Of a stretch of DNA of 64,000 bases, positions 10,063-19,863 are shown in pieces. Source of the DNA: an uncultured delta proteobacterium. Its GTDB lineage: Bacteria > Desulfobacterota > Binatia > Binatales > Binataceae. The stretch covers positions 1,472,001 through 1,536,000 of the forward strand of contig CAWJET010000002.1 in assembly GCA_963842085.1 (NCBI GenBank), in the 5' to 3' direction. A model generated the notes under the pieces. That model saw nothing but the letters and a program-made list of their open reading frames with translations. It ran no database searches and was not told the DNA's origin. Positions within the stretch are counted from its first letter, which is position 1, and each line of letters begins with the position of its first letter. The position numbers and the translations under genes are program-made.

Positions 10063-10671
10063 ATGAGCGCAAGATCAGCAACGCGCCGCCGCCCGCCCGG
10101 AACCCGCAATGGACCGGCGAAAGTCATCAGGATGCCAACTCCCACAGTGGTCCGCCGCCGCCGCGCGATCAAGGCGGGACTCGGCCTGCTCGTGCTCTCA
10201 CTGCTCGCCGCGATAATCGCCCGCCTGTACTCGATGCACACAGCGCCCCCGTCGCCCGAAAAGCTCTCCGGTTTGACCGAGCAGGAAACCGAAATCCTTG
10301 GGTTGGTAAACCACGAACGCGCTCGCGCCGGACAGCAGCCGCTGAAATTCTCGCCGCGCCTGGCAGTAATCGCGCGCGGCCACAGCTACGACATGGCGAT
10401 GCGCCACTATCTCGCGCATAACAGCCCCGACGGTGTCGCGCCCGCCGACCGCCTCAGGGGAGTCGGCATCGAATACCGGGCCGTCGGCGAGAACATTTAC
10501 ATGGATGACTCCGCCGATTCGGCCGGTATGCCGCAACGCGCGCTCAACGGATGGCTCAGCAGCCCCACCCATCACGCCAACATCATATCGCGGGAGTTCA
10601 CCGAGACCGGCGTCGGCATCGCTCAATCCGCTGACGGCCACACTTACGTTACGCAGGACTTCATGCGCTGA
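10063..10671 (+). CDS. CAP/SCP-domain protein, membrane-anchored
   Basis: One TM then LVNHERARAG, HSYDMA, GENI, WLSSPTHHANI, GVG. Confidence 0.85.
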   Translation: MSARSATRRRPPGTRNGPAKVIRMPTPTVVRRRRAIKAGLGLLVLSLLAAIIARLYSMHTAPPSPEKLSGLTEQETEILGLVNHERARAGQQPLKFSPRLAVIARGHSYDMAMRHYLAHNSPDGVAPADRLRGVGIEYRAVGENIYMDDSADSAGMPQRALNGWLSSPTHHANIISREFTETGVGIAQSADGHTYVTQDFMR

Positions 10672-10686
10672 AAGGCGGGCGCCGCG

Positions 10687-11685
10687 ATGGACTTCGCCCA
10701 ACTCGCCGCGCTGGCCTCAGGTCACGCCGAAGCGCGCGCGATCCAGACCGCGCTCAAGCTGGGAATTTTCGATATTCTCGAGCCCGCGCCGCTCGACGAC
10801 GCCGCTCTCGCCGCTGCCATCTCCGCCAATCGGCGCGCGACCGCTCTGCTCGCCAACGCGATGGTGGCGCTCGACCTGCTCGACAAGCGCGACCATCGCT
10901 TCGCGCTTAAGGAAACCTCGCGACGCTACCTGCTCCGCTCGTCCCCCGAATATCTCGGCGGCTTGATCCTGTTCGACGAAGCAATCTTTGAAACCTGGAC
11001 GCATCTCGAACAGACCATTCGCACCGGCGCTCCCGCGCGCCCGATCGACATGTTCCAGAGCCGCCCCGCAGAGACCGAACGATTCATCCGCGCCATGGAC
11101 AGCCTGACTCGCGCGCGCGGCGATCCGGCTTACGTCGCCCGCCGGCTTGACCTCAGCCGCGTCTCGAAGCTCGCCGACCTCGGCGGCGGACCGGGTACGT
11201 ACACAGTCGCGATGCTCCACCGATGGCCCCACCTGCGGGCTGCGATTTACGACCTGCCCGCCACTCTCGAGGTCACCCGCAAAATTCTCGCCGAGCGCGA
11301 GCCCGCGGCGTTGGAGCGCATCGAACTGGTCCGCGTCGATTACCTGTACGATGAGCTCCCGGGGCCATGCGGAGCCCTGTTCATGTCGAATATAATTCAC
11401 AGTGAAGATGAAACCGACACCGCCCAACTCCTCCGCAAATGCTTTCGCGCACTCGAACCAGGCGGCATGATGATCATCAAGGACCACATCATGAATGCCG
11501 ACCTGACCGGGCCGAGGGCGGGTGCGATTTTCGCCCTCTACTTGCTGATGGCCTCGCGCGGGCGCGACTATTCGTTTGACGAAGTCTCGCGATGGCTCGG
11601 CGACGCCGGCTTCGTCGACATCGTCCACGAGGCACTGCCAAGCCCTCCGTTCACCTCCTCGATGGTGATAGCGCGCAAGCCGTGA
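10687..11685 (+). CDS. SAM-dependent O-methyltransferase (Methyltransf_2 with dimerisation domain)
   Basis: ALKLGIFD dimerisation region, DLGGGPG, YDLP, SNIIH, LEPGG. Confidence 0.85.
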   Translation: MDFAQLAALASGHAEARAIQTALKLGIFDILEPAPLDDAALAAAISANRRATALLANAMVALDLLDKRDHRFALKETSRRYLLRSSPEYLGGLILFDEAIFETWTHLEQTIRTGAPARPIDMFQSRPAETERFIRAMDSLTRARGDPAYVARRLDLSRVSKLADLGGGPGTYTVAMLHRWPHLRAAIYDLPATLEVTRKILAEREPAALERIELVRVDYLYDELPGPCGALFMSNIIHSEDETDTAQLLRKCFRALEPGGMMIIKDHIMNADLTGPRAGAIFALYLLMASRGRDYSFDEVSRWLGDAGFVDIVHEALPSPPFTSSMVIARKP

Positions 11686-11705
11686 ACCAGTGAAAGAGTG
11701 AAAAA

Positions 11706-12323
11706 GTGAAAAATTTCGGCGTGCGCAGGAGCGCGTCCCTCGCGGTCGTAATCTTGCTCGCGGCCGCATGCTCGGGATGCGTCGCGGGCGGCGCGGTCGG
11801 CATGGTGAGTACAGTTGCCCCAATGGTCGCCGCTGGCAGTGCGCAGGTCATCGGCTCCCAGGTCGCGATGAAAGAGGCCAGCGGAACCGGAGCTTCGAAA
11901 GAAGACAACGCTGACAAGTGCGATCAACTCCTGCGTATTCCGCCGGGCGTCGAGGAAGTCCGCAAGAACAAGGACGGGGTGATCGAATCGCGCCAGTGGA
12001 AAATTGCCGAGACCAGCGGCGACCCGATCTGGATAGTGGCGCGGACCCAGACCGAGAACACGCCGGAGGCCGCCTGGCAGCCGAAGCCCGGCATCACCAA
12101 GCTGCTTTTCAATCCGCCGCTCTACCAGATGCTCAAGCTGGGCGAGCCGCAATATCTCGCCTACGCTCCAGCCGACGTCGTCAATGTGTCCGACAGCGAA
12201 CAGTTTGACTCGATGACGGGAGCGTTCGGCGCAGGCATCGGAACCTTCCAGTGGCACGGTCGCCCCTACAGTTACGTGCTGGTCAAGGAACTCCCGTGCT
12301 TCAAACCTGCGCCGGAGAAGTGA
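11706..12323 (+). CDS. Hypothetical lipoprotein
   Basis: Basic N-terminus, hydrophobic stretch and lipobox-like LLAAAC; co-oriented within the gene run. Confidence 0.65.
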   Translation: MKNFGVRRSASLAVVILLAAACSGCVAGGAVGMVSTVAPMVAAGSAQVIGSQVAMKEASGTGASKEDNADKCDQLLRIPPGVEEVRKNKDGVIESRQWKIAETSGDPIWIVARTQTENTPEAAWQPKPGITKLLFNPPLYQMLKLGEPQYLAYAPADVVNVSDSEQFDSMTGAFGAGIGTFQWHGRPYSYVLVKELPCFKPAPEK

Positions 12324-13288
12324 ATTCGATTCCATCCCATCGGTCGCGCCTGAAGCGTTTCCTCCCGCGACTAATCGGCGCCGCCGCGATTTTTTCGCTG
12401 GCGATGTATCCGGCGAGGTCGTACTCTCAGAACGTGAACGCCGCGCCTGGCCACCCGCAACCAAGCCTCGAGCCTGCATCGTGGCCCGACAACTCGCTCA
12501 CTATCGCAAATCTTGGCCACGCCACCCTGCTTATGAACTTTTTCGGCACTCGCGTAATCACCGACCCGAGCCTGTTCTCGCGCGTCGGCATGTCGATCGA
12601 TTCGATCCTTACGATCGGACCGAAACGATTCGTCGATCCGCCGCTGGCCCCCGCGCAGTTGCAGCAAATCGACCTCATACTGATCACGCACGCGCACATG
12701 GACCATCTCGACATCCCGTCGCTCAAGGCCCTGCCCAAGAGCGCCGTCGTGGTCGCGTGCGACAAGTGCTCGACGCTAATCGCGCCGCTGGGTTTCGGCG
12801 ATGTGCGTGAACTCAAGTGGGGCGAGAGTACTGTCGTCAAAGGGCTCACCATCCGCGCGATGGCTGCGCGGCACTGGGGCCGGCGATGGCCTCCGTTCGG
12901 AGAAGAGTACGGCTTCAACAGTTATGTGCTGGAAAAAAACGGCCGCCGGATGCTGCTCGCGTGCGACAGCGCCGACACCGACCTGTTCGCGAGCCTGGCG
13001 TCGACGCCGCCCGACGTTGCTGCGTTCTCAATCGGCGCCTACGACCCGTGGATTTGGAATCACGCTGATCCCGAACAGGTCTGGGCGATGTTCCAGTCTA
13101 CGCACGCGCGCTACCTCGTGCCCATTCACTGGGGCACGTTCAAGCTGTCGAATGAGCCGATGGACGAGCCGCTCAAGCGGCTGATCGCGGCGGCCGGCGA
13201 TCAACAGGACCGAATCGTGATACGTCAAATCGGCGGCACCTGGACGATGCCCGCGTCGGTCGAAACGCGCCAAGCCGCCGGCCGGTAG
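12320..13288 (+). CDS. MBL-fold metallo-hydrolase (NAPE-PLD/RomA-like), exported
   Basis: LGHATLL, ITDP, THAHMDHLD, PIHWGTF; signal-like N-terminus; GTG overlaps previous stop. Confidence 0.85.
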   Translation: MNSIPSHRSRLKRFLPRLIGAAAIFSLAMYPARSYSQNVNAAPGHPQPSLEPASWPDNSLTIANLGHATLLMNFFGTRVITDPSLFSRVGMSIDSILTIGPKRFVDPPLAPAQLQQIDLILITHAHMDHLDIPSLKALPKSAVVVACDKCSTLIAPLGFGDVRELKWGESTVVKGLTIRAMAARHWGRRWPPFGEEYGFNSYVLEKNGRRMLLACDSADTDLFASLASTPPDVAAFSIGAYDPWIWNHADPEQVWAMFQSTHARYLVPIHWGTFKLSNEPMDEPLKRLIAAAGDQQDRIVIRQIGGTWTMPASVETRQAAGR

Positions 13289-13309
13289 GACTCTCCGACT
13301 ACGCCTCAT

Positions 13310-14119
13310 TTACAAATTTCGAGTTGCCAGGACCTCTCGCGCAGGAGTTCTATCTCCGGTGCAATTGATCATTCGGGGAGCGTTGAGAATCGTGACGGCA
13401 TATCCTAGCTCCCGGTATAGCTGCTGTATTCGGTCGGTAGCTTGATTCGATAGAACGACAGGACCGGAATGGTGCGCCAGCCGTTCGGCCAGTCTTACCT
13501 GTTCGTTCCAGCCAAAGGTCTCCTTCGAGTATTGCCTAAATTCAACGTCATAGGGCGGATCCGCATAGATGAAATCACCGGCCTCCAGTGGGAGCTCTTC
13601 GAAGTCGACACACATAAACTCCCATTGCGCGAAGGCCGAAATGTATTCTGTGAAATCCGTTTTGTAGCTAATCTTCTTGTACTGCCCGAACGGAACGTTG
13701 AACTCGCCCTTACTATTGAACCTGCACAGACCGTTGTAGCAGGTACGATTCAGGTAATAGAAAATACTTGCCGCTTCCTTGCTGTCCGCCTTACCCTCAC
13801 GAACGAGCTGATTGAACCGCGCTCGTTGTGCGTAAAAGTGGGCCTCCTCGTTGCGCATCTTTAGAGAGATACGTAGCCCGCTCTTAAGCCATAGGTAAAA
13901 GTTTATCGCGTGGGGATTGATGTCATTTATGAGGGCTCGATCGGGCACCAAGCCCAGCGATACAGCCAAGCCCCCACAAAGCGGCTCAACCAAGCGAAGA
14001 GAGCGGTGAGGATTCCAGAGGCGAATCAGGTATGGCACAAGCCATCGCTTGCCTCCCGCCCACTTCAAAGGGGGCTTGGGGGCCGCGCGAGACTTCAAGT
14101 ACTCCGCAACGGCTCCCAC
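13310..14119 (-). CDS. dam: Dam/DpnM-family N6-adenine DNA methyltransferase, orphan
   Basis: LKWAGGK, EPLCGG, NDIN, YNGLCRFNSKGEFNVPFG, DPPY; visibly AT-richer than flanks. Confidence 0.88.
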   Translation of the reverse strand: MGAVAEYLKSRAAPKPPLKWAGGKRWLVPYLIRLWNPHRSLRLVEPLCGGLAVSLGLVPDRALINDINPHAINFYLWLKSGLRISLKMRNEEAHFYAQRARFNQLVREGKADSKEAASIFYYLNRTCYNGLCRFNSKGEFNVPFGQYKKISYKTDFTEYISAFAQWEFMCVDFEELPLEAGDFIYADPPYDVEFRQYSKETFGWNEQVRLAERLAHHSGPVVLSNQATDRIQQLYRELGYAVTILNAPRMINCTGDRTPAREVLATRNL

Positions 14120-14129
14120 TTAGCTTAGT

Positions 14130-15743
14130 TCAGACACGCTTGCGCTTCTTCGAGAGATAATCGACCAGCATGTATTCGCCTAGATGGTCGGGGCGGGTGA
14201 ACAGCGCGCGCCCTCGATTGATCTGCGTCATCTTGTCCACAAACGCGCGCAGACTCGGCGAATCGTCGAGCATGAAGGTGTTAATCGTGATTCCCTTGCG
14301 CGTGATCCGCTCGACTTCCTTCAGCGTCTCCTGCGCCGCGCGCATGCTGATGCCGCCGAACGACAGCGGCCATTCGCAGTACAGCCGCTTGTTCAGGAAG
14401 TACGCGGTCGGCTGTCCGTCGGTGATCACGATGATGTGCTGGTTGCGCGACGGATGCCGCGCGAGCAAATCCGAGGCGAGCCGCAGCCCGTCCTGCAAGT
14501 TGGTGAACGGGTCGCCCATGTTCCACGACGCCTCGGGCAGATCCTTGAGCTTCAACTCGACCGCGCGCGTATAAAAGCCGACGATCGAAAAGAAGTCGCG
14601 CGGGAACTTCGAGCGAATCAGCGTCTCCATCGCCATCGCGACTTTTTTGGCCGCCGCAAATCGCCCTTCCCAGCTCATCGACCACGACATGTCCAGGCAC
14701 AGCACCGTCGACGACGAGCTGGCGTAATCGTTTTCGTAAATCTCGAAGTCTTCCGGCCGTAGCTCGAGCGGCACGCCCGCCTTGCGCGACAACGCATGCT
14801 TCAGCGTCGCCACCAGGTTCAGATTCAGCGGATCGCCGAACGCGTACGGCTTGGTCTGTTCCGGACGCATCTCGGTGATGCCGCGATGGTCCGTCAGGTG
14901 GCCGCCCGAACGATCCTTCAACAGGTTCTGGTAGATGTCGCGCAGCGCCAGTTGCCCGATTCGCCGCACGCCCTTGGGCGAGAGCTGGAAATGATCGCCC
15001 TTCGGCACCATGTAGCCCGATTGCGTCAGCAGTACCATCACCTGCTTGAGGTTCTGAAAATCCTTGCTCGCCTGCTGCCCCAAAATCTGCTGCAGGTCTT
15101 CCATCGAGATGGTGTCGAAGTTGCCCGACATCAAGTCCTGCTCGAGCTGGCGCATCCGCTCCATTTCGCGCATCAGCTCGAGCGCGTCGTCGTAGCCGAG
15201 GCTCTTTTGACCGTGGAACATGTGCTGGTTGCGATCGCGAAAATTCTCGAGGTCGCGAATATTTTCATATTCCTCGAGCAGCTCGTCGAAATCCGCCTTG
15301 GCCTGCGCGTCCTCGAACTCGTGGCTCTCAAGCTTGCGCATCGCTTCCGACAGCCGCCGCGGCATGCGCGACAGCGCGCGCTGTTTTTCCTCGATGCCGG
15401 GTTTCTGCCCCTTGAGCGATTCCAGCTTGGCCCGCTCGCGATTCAAAATATCTTCCAGCTTCTGCTCCATCTCGGACAGCGCGTTCTTCAGGTTGAAGTC
15501 GCGATAGCGCTGGCGCATCTCCTGCCGCAGCTGCTCGATAAACTCCTCGAGCCCCATCACGCGCACGCCGTCGAAATCCATCCCCTGCCGCATCATCCAG
15601 TCCATCGCCTGGCGCACGTCGTCGGTGTACGACAGGTACTCCGCCAGCTTCTCGAACACCTTGTCGGCATCGAGCTTGAGCCGCTGCGTGCCGTCCCATT
15701 GCGTGTAGCGGGTGACGACCGCTGCCATTTGCCTGCGCGTCAT
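14130..15743 (-). CDS. VWA-domain protein partnered with the upstream AAA ATPase (Rv0959-like)
   Basis: MIDAS DMSWSM, TNLQDGL, IVITDGQPT. Confidence 0.85.
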   Translation of the reverse strand: MTRRQMAAVVTRYTQWDGTQRLKLDADKVFEKLAEYLSYTDDVRQAMDWMMRQGMDFDGVRVMGLEEFIEQLRQEMRQRYRDFNLKNALSEMEQKLEDILNRERAKLESLKGQKPGIEEKQRALSRMPRRLSEAMRKLESHEFEDAQAKADFDELLEEYENIRDLENFRDRNQHMFHGQKSLGYDDALELMREMERMRQLEQDLMSGNFDTISMEDLQQILGQQASKDFQNLKQVMVLLTQSGYMVPKGDHFQLSPKGVRRIGQLALRDIYQNLLKDRSGGHLTDHRGITEMRPEQTKPYAFGDPLNLNLVATLKHALSRKAGVPLELRPEDFEIYENDYASSSSTVLCLDMSWSMSWEGRFAAAKKVAMAMETLIRSKFPRDFFSIVGFYTRAVELKLKDLPEASWNMGDPFTNLQDGLRLASDLLARHPSRNQHIIVITDGQPTAYFLNKRLYCEWPLSFGGISMRAAQETLKEVERITRKGITINTFMLDDSPSLRAFVDKMTQINRGRALFTRPDHLGEYMLVDYLSKKRKRV

Positions 15744-17149
15744 GCGTGGTAGGCGAAGCGCCCGCCCTGGCGATCCTTGTTGAGTTTCTGATGCAGATGC
15801 AGGCCCTCGAAAATGAACTCGCTCGCGGCAGCCATCAGGCCCGGCGTCTCGAACGGCCCCAGCAGCGTGATCACTTCGCGCAGGCCGGTGACCTCGCGCA
15901 GCGGCTCCATATATTCCGACGACGGCGCGCTGTCGGAAACCTCGACGCCCCAGCCCTGCTCGAAGTAGCTCGAGACTTTCTTCAAATCATCGAGTTTCAA
16001 GTAGGTGTCAAAAACTTTCAGCACCGCGCGATTGATCAGGCGTTCGATCAGATCGTCTTCCTTCTTGTCCTCGCCGACGTACTCGAGCTCGATCTTCCCG
16101 GCGGTCGACGCGTACAGCGAATGCAAGTCCGAAATCCGCGGCACGATCTCGTTCTCCGCGTTGCGCACGGCGCGCTTCTCGGCGTTGGAAATCGCCGATT
16201 CGTAATTGTTGATCGTAACGCGCACCGATACGCCCGACGACTGGTTGATCTCGTTCGAGGCCCGCGCCTCGAAGGTAATCTGCGCCAGGATATCCTTCAT
16301 GAACTGGGGAATCCGCACATCCATGCCCGACCGCGGCGGATGCGCCGCTTCCTGCTCCATTATCGCAATCTCGTGCTCGATCGTCTTGGGATAGTGCGTG
16401 CGAATCTGGACGTCGAAACGGTCCTTGAGCGGCGTGATAATCCGGCCGCGCGAGGTGTAGTCCTCCGGATTTGCGCTCGCCACGAACACCACGTCGACCG
16501 GAAGGCGAATCTTGTAGCCCTTGATCTGGACGTCCTTCTCTTCCATCAGGTTGAACAGCCCTACTTGCACCTTCTCGGTCAGGTCGGGCAGCTCGTTGAT
16601 GGCGAAGATGCCGCGATTGGTGCGCGGAATCAGTCCGTAGTGGATCGTTTCCTCGTCGGCCAGGTAGCGTCCCTCGGCCACTTTAATCGGATCGATCTCG
16701 CCGATCAGGTCGGCCACCGAAACGTCGGGAGTCGCGAGCTTTTCCGCGTAGCGGCTGTCGCGCCCGATCCATCCGATCTCGAGCGCGTCACCCTTTTCTT
16801 CCTTCAGCTTCACGCATCGCCGGCAGATCGGCGCAAAGGGATCGTCGCTGATTTCGCAGCCCGCGACCACCGGCACAAATTCGTCGAGCAACTCGGCCAG
16901 CGATCTTATTATTCGCGACTTTGCCTGCCCGCGCTCGCCGAGAAAAATCATATGATGTCCCGCAAGCACGCCGTTTTCGATCTCCGGGATTACCGTTTCC
17001 TCGTAGCCCACGATTCCCGGCAGGATTTGCTCCTTGCTGCGCAGCCGCTCGAGCAAATTCTTGCGCATCTCCATCCGCACCGGCATGGTCTGGTAGTCTG
17101 CGCTCTTGAGTTCGCCCAGCGTCCGGATTTTCAGCAGTTTTTCATCCAT
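15740..17149 (-). CDS. AAA+ ATPase, Mg-chelatase I-like (Rv0958-like)
   Basis: GERGQAKS Walker A-like, GIFAINELPDL, ASANPEDYT, LKDRF; 4-nt overlap with the VWA gene. Confidence 0.85.
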   Translation of the reverse strand: MDEKLLKIRTLGELKSADYQTMPVRMEMRKNLLERLRSKEQILPGIVGYEETVIPEIENGVLAGHHMIFLGERGQAKSRIIRSLAELLDEFVPVVAGCEISDDPFAPICRRCVKLKEEKGDALEIGWIGRDSRYAEKLATPDVSVADLIGEIDPIKVAEGRYLADEETIHYGLIPRTNRGIFAINELPDLTEKVQVGLFNLMEEKDVQIKGYKIRLPVDVVFVASANPEDYTSRGRIITPLKDRFDVQIRTHYPKTIEHEIAIMEQEAAHPPRSGMDVRIPQFMKDILAQITFEARASNEINQSSGVSVRVTINNYESAISNAEKRAVRNAENEIVPRISDLHSLYASTAGKIELEYVGEDKKEDDLIERLINRAVLKVFDTYLKLDDLKKVSSYFEQGWGVEVSDSAPSSEYMEPLREVTGLREVITLLGPFETPGLMAAASEFIFEGLHLHQKLNKDRQGGRFAYHA

Positions 17150-17179
17150 CGCAAATCCCGCAGATCTGACCGCTCGCTC

Positions 17180-17743
17180 TTAAGATAATTCAGCGCCGAG
17201 ATTTTTGAAAATCGGCCGCAGTTGCCCGTAACTGTCCTCCAAACTCTGTGACAGCACGCGCGTCGAGGCAAGTACCGGCATAAAATTGTTGTCGCCCACC
17301 CAGCGCGGCACGATATGCCAATGCATGTGCTCGGCGATTCCCGCACCCGCCGCGCTGCCGAGGTTGGCGCCGACGTTCAACGCCTGCGGATGCAGCATCT
17401 CGCGCATCATCTTGATCGACCCTGCGACCGCGTCGGCGAGCACCGCGCGCTCCGCTCGCGTCAGCAGCTCCGGCGACGCCACGTGGCTTCGCGGCGCCAC
17501 CAGTATGTGTCCATTGTTGTAGGGATATTTGTTGAGCATCACGAGCACGTCGCGATTCTCGAACAGGAGCAGGCGTTGCCGGCGCTCGGCTTCGGACAGC
17601 TTGCCGAAACAGAAGATGCACGCCATCGGATCGGAGTGGATGGTGCGCAGATACTGGTATCGCCACGGCGCCCACAGCCGGATGCCCTCGGCGGGAACTC
17701 CTTCCGCATCGCGCCGGTTAACGGGCCGCTTCTTCGGCGCCAT
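17180..17743 (-). CDS. HIT-family protein (Ap4A phosphorylase-like)
   Basis: LWAPWR, CIFC, LNKYPYNNGH, AGAGIAEHMHWHIVPRW. Confidence 0.88.
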   Translation of the reverse strand: MAPKKRPVNRRDAEGVPAEGIRLWAPWRYQYLRTIHSDPMACIFCFGKLSEAERRQRLLLFENRDVLVMLNKYPYNNGHILVAPRSHVASPELLTRAERAVLADAVAGSIKMMREMLHPQALNVGANLGSAAGAGIAEHMHWHIVPRWVGDNNFMPVLASTRVLSQSLEDSYGQLRPIFKNLGAELS

Positions 17744-18014
17744 TTACCTCGATTCGGAGTTCCTTGCCCGCCCGGAAGAACGGAATCTTCTTGGCGTCGA
17801 CGCTGACCAACTGGCCGGTCTTGGGATTGCGCCCTTGCCGCGCGCGCCGTTGCTTCACCGCGAAGCTGCCGAAGCCGCGGATTTCGATTCGCTCGCCGCG
17901 GGTCAACGAGTTGGCCATCGCGTCGAACATCGCGTTCACGATCGTCTCCGACTCGCGATGGGTGAACTGATGCCGGCGCGCCAGCAGTTCTTCGATGATT
18001 TCCCGCTTGGTCAT
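17718..18014 (-). CDS. ihfB: Integration host factor beta subunit
   Basis: MTKREII, RIEIRGFGSF, GRNPKTG, PFFRAGKELR; canonical position after rpsA. Confidence 0.9.
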   Translation of the reverse strand: MTKREIIEELLARRHQFTHRESETIVNAMFDAMANSLTRGERIEIRGFGSFAVKQRRARQGRNPKTGQLVSVDAKKIPFFRAGKELRIEVNGAEEAAR

Positions 18015-18063
18015 CGATCTCGCCGCCGTGCGCACCCCGCTTGCCGCCAGCGGCTCTCCTCTT

Positions 18064-19806
18064 CTAGCTGTTTTTGCCGCCGCGCGCCGCGCGCCGCTCG
18101 CCGTCGTCGCGATCGAGCTTGAGCTCTTCCTTAAGGATATCTTCCATCGAGAACCGCGCCGCCTCGTGCTCGCGCTTCAGGTAGGCCTGCATTTCCTCGC
18201 GCTCTTCGTGCTGCTTCACCGCCTTGATCGACAGTCCTATCCGGCGCTCCTTGGGATCGAGCTGCACGACCAACGCATCCAGCTCGTCGTCGACCTTGTA
18301 CAGCGACGACGGCTTGTCCACGCGCTCGTTGCTGAGCTGCGAAATGTGGATCAGCCCTTCGATTCCCTCTTCGATCTCGACGAACACGCCGAAGTCCGCA
18401 ACCGAGCTGACCTTGCCATGAATTCGCGTGTTCAGCGGGTAACGCTCGGCGACGGTGTTCCACGGGTCGGTCGTAAGCTGCTTGACGCCCAGGCTCACGC
18501 GCTCGTTCTCGACGTCGATTCCGAGCACGGTTGCTTCGAGCTCGTCGCCCTTCTTGACCACTTCGCTCGGATGCCGAATTTTCTTGGTCCACGACAAATC
18601 CGATATGTGCACCAGCCCGTCGATGCCCGGCTCGATCTCGACAAACACGCCGAAGTCCGTGATCGACTTGACCTTGCCCTTGACCTGGCTGCCAATCGGA
18701 TGCTTCTGACTGAGCTCTTCCCATGGATTCGCTTCGGTCTGCTTGAGCCCGAGCGAGATTCTGCGATTGGCCTCGTCGACGCCGAGCACCTGCACTTCCA
18801 CCATATCGCCCGGGTTCACGACCTTGGACGGATGCACCGCGCGCTTGCTCCAGCTCATTTCCGAGACGTGGATCAAGCCCTCGACGCCTTTTTCGATTTC
18901 CACGAACGCGCCGTAGTCGGTCACGCTGACGACCTTGCCCTTGATTCGCGTCCCCGGCGGATAGGTTTCCGCCACTTTGGTCCACGGGTCGGGCATGATC
19001 TGCTTCATGCCGAGCGACACGCGCTCGCGCTCAGGATCGTATTTCAGCACGACGACCTTGACCTTGTCGCCGACCTTCAGCACTTCCGATGGATGCTGCA
19101 ATCGGCCCCATGCCATGTCGGTGATATGCAGCAGTCCGTCGATTCCGCCGAGGTCGATGAACGCGCCGTAGTCGGTAATATTCTTCACAGTGCCTTCGAG
19201 GATCACGCCCTCTTCGAGCACTTTAAGCGTCTGCTCCTTCAACGACGCGCGCTCGCGCTCGAGCACGCTGCGCCGCGAGACGACGACGTTGCCGCGCGCG
19301 CGATTGAACTTCAGTATCTGGAAGCGCCCGCGCTGCCCAACGTATCTGTCCAGGTTGCGCGCCGGACGAATATCGACGTGCGATCCCGGCAGGAACGCCG
19401 GCACCCCGATATCGACCTTGAGCCCGCCTTTGACTTTGCCGAGTACCACGCCCTCGACCGGAGTCTCCGCCTGGAACGCCTTGTCGAGCTCGCGCCAGAC
19501 TTTGAACTTCTCGGCCTTCGCGTGCGAAAGCATCACCGTACCGTTCTCGGTCTCGGTGCCTTCGAAGTACACGTCGACCTCGTCGCCCTCCTTGACCGTC
19601 GGATGCCCTTCGTGGTCAAGAAATTCGGCGAGGGGGACCTGCCCTTCGCACTTGTAATTGATGTCGATGATGACGCTGTCGCGCGTGATCAGAAGCACTC
19701 TTCCGACCAGCACGTCGCCGGGACGGGGAGCCTTCAAACTCTCTTCCATCAACGACTCAAAGTCATTTTCTCCTCCGCTCATCTGTTCAGGCAACGCTTT
19801 CTCCAT
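18064..19806 (-). CDS. rpsA: 30S ribosomal protein S1
   Basis: Repeated S1 domains (ITDYGAFIDLGGIDGLLHITD, GLIHVSEMSW, RISLGLKQ). Confidence 0.97.
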   Translation of the reverse strand: MEKALPEQMSGGENDFESLMEESLKAPRPGDVLVGRVLLITRDSVIIDINYKCEGQVPLAEFLDHEGHPTVKEGDEVDVYFEGTETENGTVMLSHAKAEKFKVWRELDKAFQAETPVEGVVLGKVKGGLKVDIGVPAFLPGSHVDIRPARNLDRYVGQRGRFQILKFNRARGNVVVSRRSVLERERASLKEQTLKVLEEGVILEGTVKNITDYGAFIDLGGIDGLLHITDMAWGRLQHPSEVLKVGDKVKVVVLKYDPERERVSLGMKQIMPDPWTKVAETYPPGTRIKGKVVSVTDYGAFVEIEKGVEGLIHVSEMSWSKRAVHPSKVVNPGDMVEVQVLGVDEANRRISLGLKQTEANPWEELSQKHPIGSQVKGKVKSITDFGVFVEIEPGIDGLVHISDLSWTKKIRHPSEVVKKGDELEATVLGIDVENERVSLGVKQLTTDPWNTVAERYPLNTRIHGKVSSVADFGVFVEIEEGIEGLIHISQLSNERVDKPSSLYKVDDELDALVVQLDPKERRIGLSIKAVKQHEEREEMQAYLKREHEAARFSMEDILKEELKLDRDDGERRAARGGKNS

Positions 19807-19863
19807 TAAGTGGGACCTTCCGGGATTCCAGGACTTCGGGGCTGTGCGATCCTTACAACCGGG

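Noticed and set aside
13289-14129. Complete type II restriction-modification system
   Set aside because: No room or candidate for an endonuclease; the flanking genes are an MBL hydrolase and a VWA protein
15740-17149. True magnesium chelatase implying photosynthesis
   Set aside because: No chlH/bch genes; it fits the generic ATPase-VWA pair
17995-19809. 604-aa plus-strand ORF, and similar long ORFs at 15746-17188, 26773-28248 and 39617-40987
   Set aside because: They lie antisense to clearly identified genes and carry no recognisable motifs; such shadow ORFs are expected in high-GC DNA
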